Shown piece by piece: positions 60,777 to 64,000 of a stretch of DNA of 64,000 bases. Both the position numbers and the translations under genes were made by a program. Numbering within the stretch: position 1 is the first letter of the stretch; the number at the start of each line of letters is the position of its first letter. The DNA comes from Eledone cirrhosa (lineage: Eukaryota), in the NCBI GenBank assembly GCA_964016885.1, contig OZ024745.1:51336001-51400000 (forward strand), in the 5' to 3' direction. The notes beneath the pieces were generated by a model. The model did no database searches, was not told the DNA's origin, and saw only the letters and a list, made by a program, of their open reading frames with translations.

Positions 60777-62678
60777 ATGTTAAACACAGCGAACGAAAAT
60801 AGTGGTGGGGGGACAGCGGTAAGAGTTGTAAGCTCGCACGCTTTAGTCCTCCCTTCCTTCCCAACTAACGTCATAGAGAAGGAAGGAAAAATGAAAATAA
60901 AAACGGACGAATCTGCGGAGAAAAAATTAAATGACGAAAACATAAATCTGGACTTGGATTCCAACAACGAAAAAAAAAAATTTGAAAAATTGCATGACAA
61001 TACTAATAACACAAACAAAGACACAACAAACAAAAAAATAACAGTTGAAAATAACACCATATCAGAAAACAAAGCAGACGACAAGATTTCATTTGCACAG
61101 AAAACAAAGAAATCTTTGACTTATATAGCGGAAAACATTTCAGATGTGGTACGAAGGATCACGGACGCCAAACAATACATAAGTGAAGGTGAGAATGGTA
61201 TTTTATTGGTAAAAATGCCTCAAGAATTCACGAAAGACATTGAAAGCCGAACGGTCAAGTTTCGGACCATCAACAACAGTACAAAAAAACCTGAACAGCC
61301 TTCTCAAGCAGATATCAAAACAGTACTCACAGAAGTACTGAATGAAACAACTTTCATAAGAAAAGACAGACTGTATGGAAGCCTAGCAATTATCATGAAG
61401 AACGAATCGGCGGCAAAAAAATGTGCTTTGTCACCGATTCGTTCGAAAAATTTCACCTTTTATCCATCTTATATGGGAAAAAAAACACAACGCATATGGC
61501 TGGATGCAATGATGCCAGATGTGGACTACTGCTGGCTCATAGCTGGCTTCATCGATCCAGTGAATGACAACGTGATTTCCATTGGGAAAACCACAGGCAA
61601 TGCGTTCAGTGGAACAGGTATAGAGCTGGTAGTACAAATGAAGCCTGAACGCATCGCCCAAATACCCGACAGAATCCTATTAGAGGACCACGGGTATATA
61701 AACATTAGCGTGAAGGGGAGAAGGCCGTCCTGCCATATCTGTGCAGGCAGAGGGCACCTGAAGGCCGCTTGTCCCCAACTCAACAAAAAGAAAACCCTGC
61801 TACCAACACCAGCTCCACCACCACCACCACAACAGATAAACAAACAACAAAAATCAGTCCCACCCAACCCGTCCCTCAGTAAAACCACAACACCACCACA
61901 ACACAAACAGTCACAACACATTACCCCAAAACAAAATACAGGCCCACCCAACCTCTCACTCAATAAAACAACACAACCACCGCAGACACAACACACAACA
62001 CAGTCTAACATAGTGACATCCATCTCCCCCACAAAGAAAACCAACACGGAAACATTACCAGCAAACATACCTCTTCCCTCCAACACTGAAGATAACCCAA
62101 CGAATTCGGAGGAAGAAACGGAGTCCTTCAGACAGATTAAAAGGAAAAAAAGAAAACATGTGCAAAACACACAAGGACAAACAACCCCCACCCAAATCGC
62201 AACACAATCCAACAAAACAGAAAACACCCCTCCAGCAACAAACAAAACCAAACCTGCCCCTCCCCTCTTCGAAACACTCACACCATCGGAACAAAAGACA
62301 TTACACTATACTTACATCAACAGAAACAATAATAAATTAAATGAACTCATATACAATAATCCTTCGGTACAAACCGAAGGTGTAAACTTTGCTTCGTCAG
62401 AAAACCACCCACATTTAAAACTAATAAAAATCCCAATGAACCTCTACCAAAAACTAAAAAAGGATTTTAAGGAGGACGTAGGACCACCCTCTGTCAAACC
62501 CATAAACCGCGTCCTACTAAAAAGCTTTCCCCCTCCCCTTCCCCTCCCCAACACAACTCCAAACACCCCAACCCCACCACACACTGACGACCCCACACCA
62601 CCACAAGACACCCCTTCACCCAACACCCCCGACACCATGGAAGTCGTGCAACCCGAACCCCGGGAAGCGGAAAGGTAG
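60777..62678 (+). CDS. LINE ORF1 protein (633 aa, zinc knuckle)
   Basis: Uninterrupted ORF; KGRRPSCHICAGRGHLKAACP (CX2CX4HX4C); Pro/Thr/Gln-rich tail. Confidence 0.85.
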   Translation: MLNTANENSGGGTAVRVVSSHALVLPSFPTNVIEKEGKMKIKTDESAEKKLNDENINLDLDSNNEKKKFEKLHDNTNNTNKDTTNKKITVENNTISENKADDKISFAQKTKKSLTYIAENISDVVRRITDAKQYISEGENGILLVKMPQEFTKDIESRTVKFRTINNSTKKPEQPSQADIKTVLTEVLNETTFIRKDRLYGSLAIIMKNESAAKKCALSPIRSKNFTFYPSYMGKKTQRIWLDAMMPDVDYCWLIAGFIDPVNDNVISIGKTTGNAFSGTGIELVVQMKPERIAQIPDRILLEDHGYINISVKGRRPSCHICAGRGHLKAACPQLNKKKTLLPTPAPPPPPQQINKQQKSVPPNPSLSKTTTPPQHKQSQHITPKQNTGPPNLSLNKTTQPPQTQHTTQSNIVTSISPTKKTNTETLPANIPLPSNTEDNPTNSEEETESFRQIKRKKRKHVQNTQGQTTPTQIATQSNKTENTPPATNKTKPAPPLFETLTPSEQKTLHYTYINRNNNKLNELIYNNPSVQTEGVNFASSENHPHLKLIKIPMNLYQKLKKDFKEDVGPPSVKPINRVLLKSFPPPLPLPNTTPNTPTPPHTDDPTPPQDTPSPNTPDTMEVVQPEPREAER

Positions 62679-62711
62679 GTCTCTACACTCTCTTTTGGCT
62701 CTGCCGCCCAC

Positions 62712-64000
62712 ATGGATGTGTTAAGAGTAGGATGTTTGAATGCACGTGGCCGGGGCTCAACTTGGAAGCAAGCAAAGCTTCTAAATGACCTCAGGTCATG
62801 TAGTATAAATGTAATGGTTATCTGTGAGACTCGAATCAGCGTCATGCGGCAGCTGGCCCCCACCTTCGATGACTTTGAGGTGCATGCATCTCTCTGTCAA
62901 CCTGGAGGTGGGGGTGGGGTTGTCGTACTGCTGCAAAAACACCTGGGTCTTGCCGTACAGGTTGTGCACTCGGACCCGGAGGGTCGTTTGTTGGTGCTAG
63001 ACGTTGGCAGTAGTGAAAGTGCGGCCTTGAGACTGGTCGCCGTCTACTCCCCTTTCGGAGCTGAACGGCCCGACTTCTTCCAACGTTTGGAGACTTTTCT
63101 GGGAACGTCGCGTTCCCTGCTTCTAGCGGGGGATTGGAATTACATCCTGGATGCACGTTGGGACTATGCAGGAGCATGTCCTAATAGAGGGGGGTGTAAC
63201 AGCCTCAAGGGGTTACTCGACCGTTTTAACTTGGTCGATAGATATCGACTAGATTTTCCAACTGTGCCTACCTGGACTTGGAGAAACCACAGTGGTCAAT
63301 CTAGATCGTACTTAGATAGATTCTTAGTTAGAAGTAAGGATAGGGACATATTAAGCTGTCCAGAAATGCGCACGGTTGGCTACACGGATCACAAATTAGT
63401 GACCTGCGTGGTCAATCTCGAGAAAACACATAGACAGGGTCCCGGTTACTGGAAACTTAATTTGTCTTTACCGGCAAAAGAGACTTACAGAAACCGGATT
63501 AGCAGATTAGTTAAGGAGAGGTTGACGGGTGCAATCGTCAACAACCGATGGTGGGCATCTCTCAAAAGAGAGATTAGAACAGAATCAATAAGTTATAGCA
63601 AGATGTTAGCTGCCGATAGGAATAGAAACGAGAAAGAATTAACAGGTAAATTAGAAGAGGCAATCAAGAGCGAAGATGTGGCCAGAGTGCTGGCATTGAG
63701 GACGGCCTTGAACCAGTTTTTCGATGCAAAGCATGAAGGCTGCGTCATTCGAAGTAAAATACGTGCTCTAGGTAATGAGGGGGCCAAAGCCGTTGGATGG
63801 GCCCGCGTGACAGAAGCTAAGAGTGGAAATCGATCCACCATCCGGTCGTTGCAAGACGAAGATGGACGAGTGATCCGGGAGCCTAAGCAGATGTGCGAGG
63901 CCTTTCAAAAGCACTTTGCCCGATTGTTCGGGGGAGGCGAGGGTCCGGGCCGGGGCGTGGATTTCGGTCCATACCTCGACGGCCTGCCGCGTCTCTCGAA
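62712..64000 (+). CDS. LINE ORF2 (APE endonuclease and linker), open to the window end
   Basis: Manual translation MDVLRVGCLNARG..ICETR..VYSP..GDWN..SYLDRF..YTDH..GPGYWKLN..YLDGLPRLS has no stop. Not in the ORF track, presumably because it lacks a stop codon. Confidence 0.88.
   Translation, partial: MDVLRVGCLNARGRGSTWKQAKLLNDLRSCSINVMVICETRISVMRQLAPTFDDFEVHASLCQPGGGGGVVVLLQKHLGLAVQVVHSDPEGRLLVLDVGSSESAALRLVAVYSPFGAERPDFFQRLETFLGTSRSLLLAGDWNYILDARWDYAGACPNRGGCNSLKGLLDRFNLVDRYRLDFPTVPTWTWRNHSGQSRSYLDRFLVRSKDRDILSCPEMRTVGYTDHKLVTCVVNLEKTHRQGPGYWKLNLSLPAKETYRNRISRLVKERLTGAIVNNRWWASLKREIRTESISYSKMLAADRNRNEKELTGKLEEAIKSEDVARVLALRTALNQFFDAKHEGCVIRSKIRALGNEGAKAVGWARVTEAKSGNRSTIRSLQDEDGRVIREPKQMCEAFQKHFARLFGGGEGPGRGVDFGPYLDGLPRLS

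Larger units (their letters stand above)
60546..64000 (+). mobile_element. L1/Tx1-type LINE, 5' part, runs out of the window
   Basis: 5' UTR after (TATC)n; open ORF1 and ORF2. Confidence 0.9.

Overview
AT-rich eukaryotic DNA dense in microsatellites. It is probably from an octopod cephalopod, inferred from a tRNA-derived SINE resembling the abundant Octopus SINE. No host protein-coding gene, rRNA, tRNA or CRISPR array could be supported, and most listed ORFs are microsatellite or antisense artefacts. The window is largely retroelements inserted in microsatellites: (i) several Penelope-like elements (Naiad-type RT/GIY-YIG and one Neptune-type); (ii) two sister L1/Tx1-type LINE families, one in (TTA)n and one in (TATC)n, the latter with open ORF1 and ORF2; (iii) R4/Dong, RTE, CR1 and mariner remnants; (iv) SINEs; and (v) a ~620-bp tandem array. 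The main finding is non-coding. At least 12 type I hammerhead ribozyme (HHR) motifs were read by eye, several with intact cores and covarying stems. They sit in inverted (fold-back) Penelope pseudo-LTRs. Four dissimilar families share an ACTC-hairpin-GAGTGCT tail on only one of the two inverted arms. ORF-less miniature fold-backs also occur, one with two HHRs. All structures were derived by hand and need computational or biochemical confirmation.
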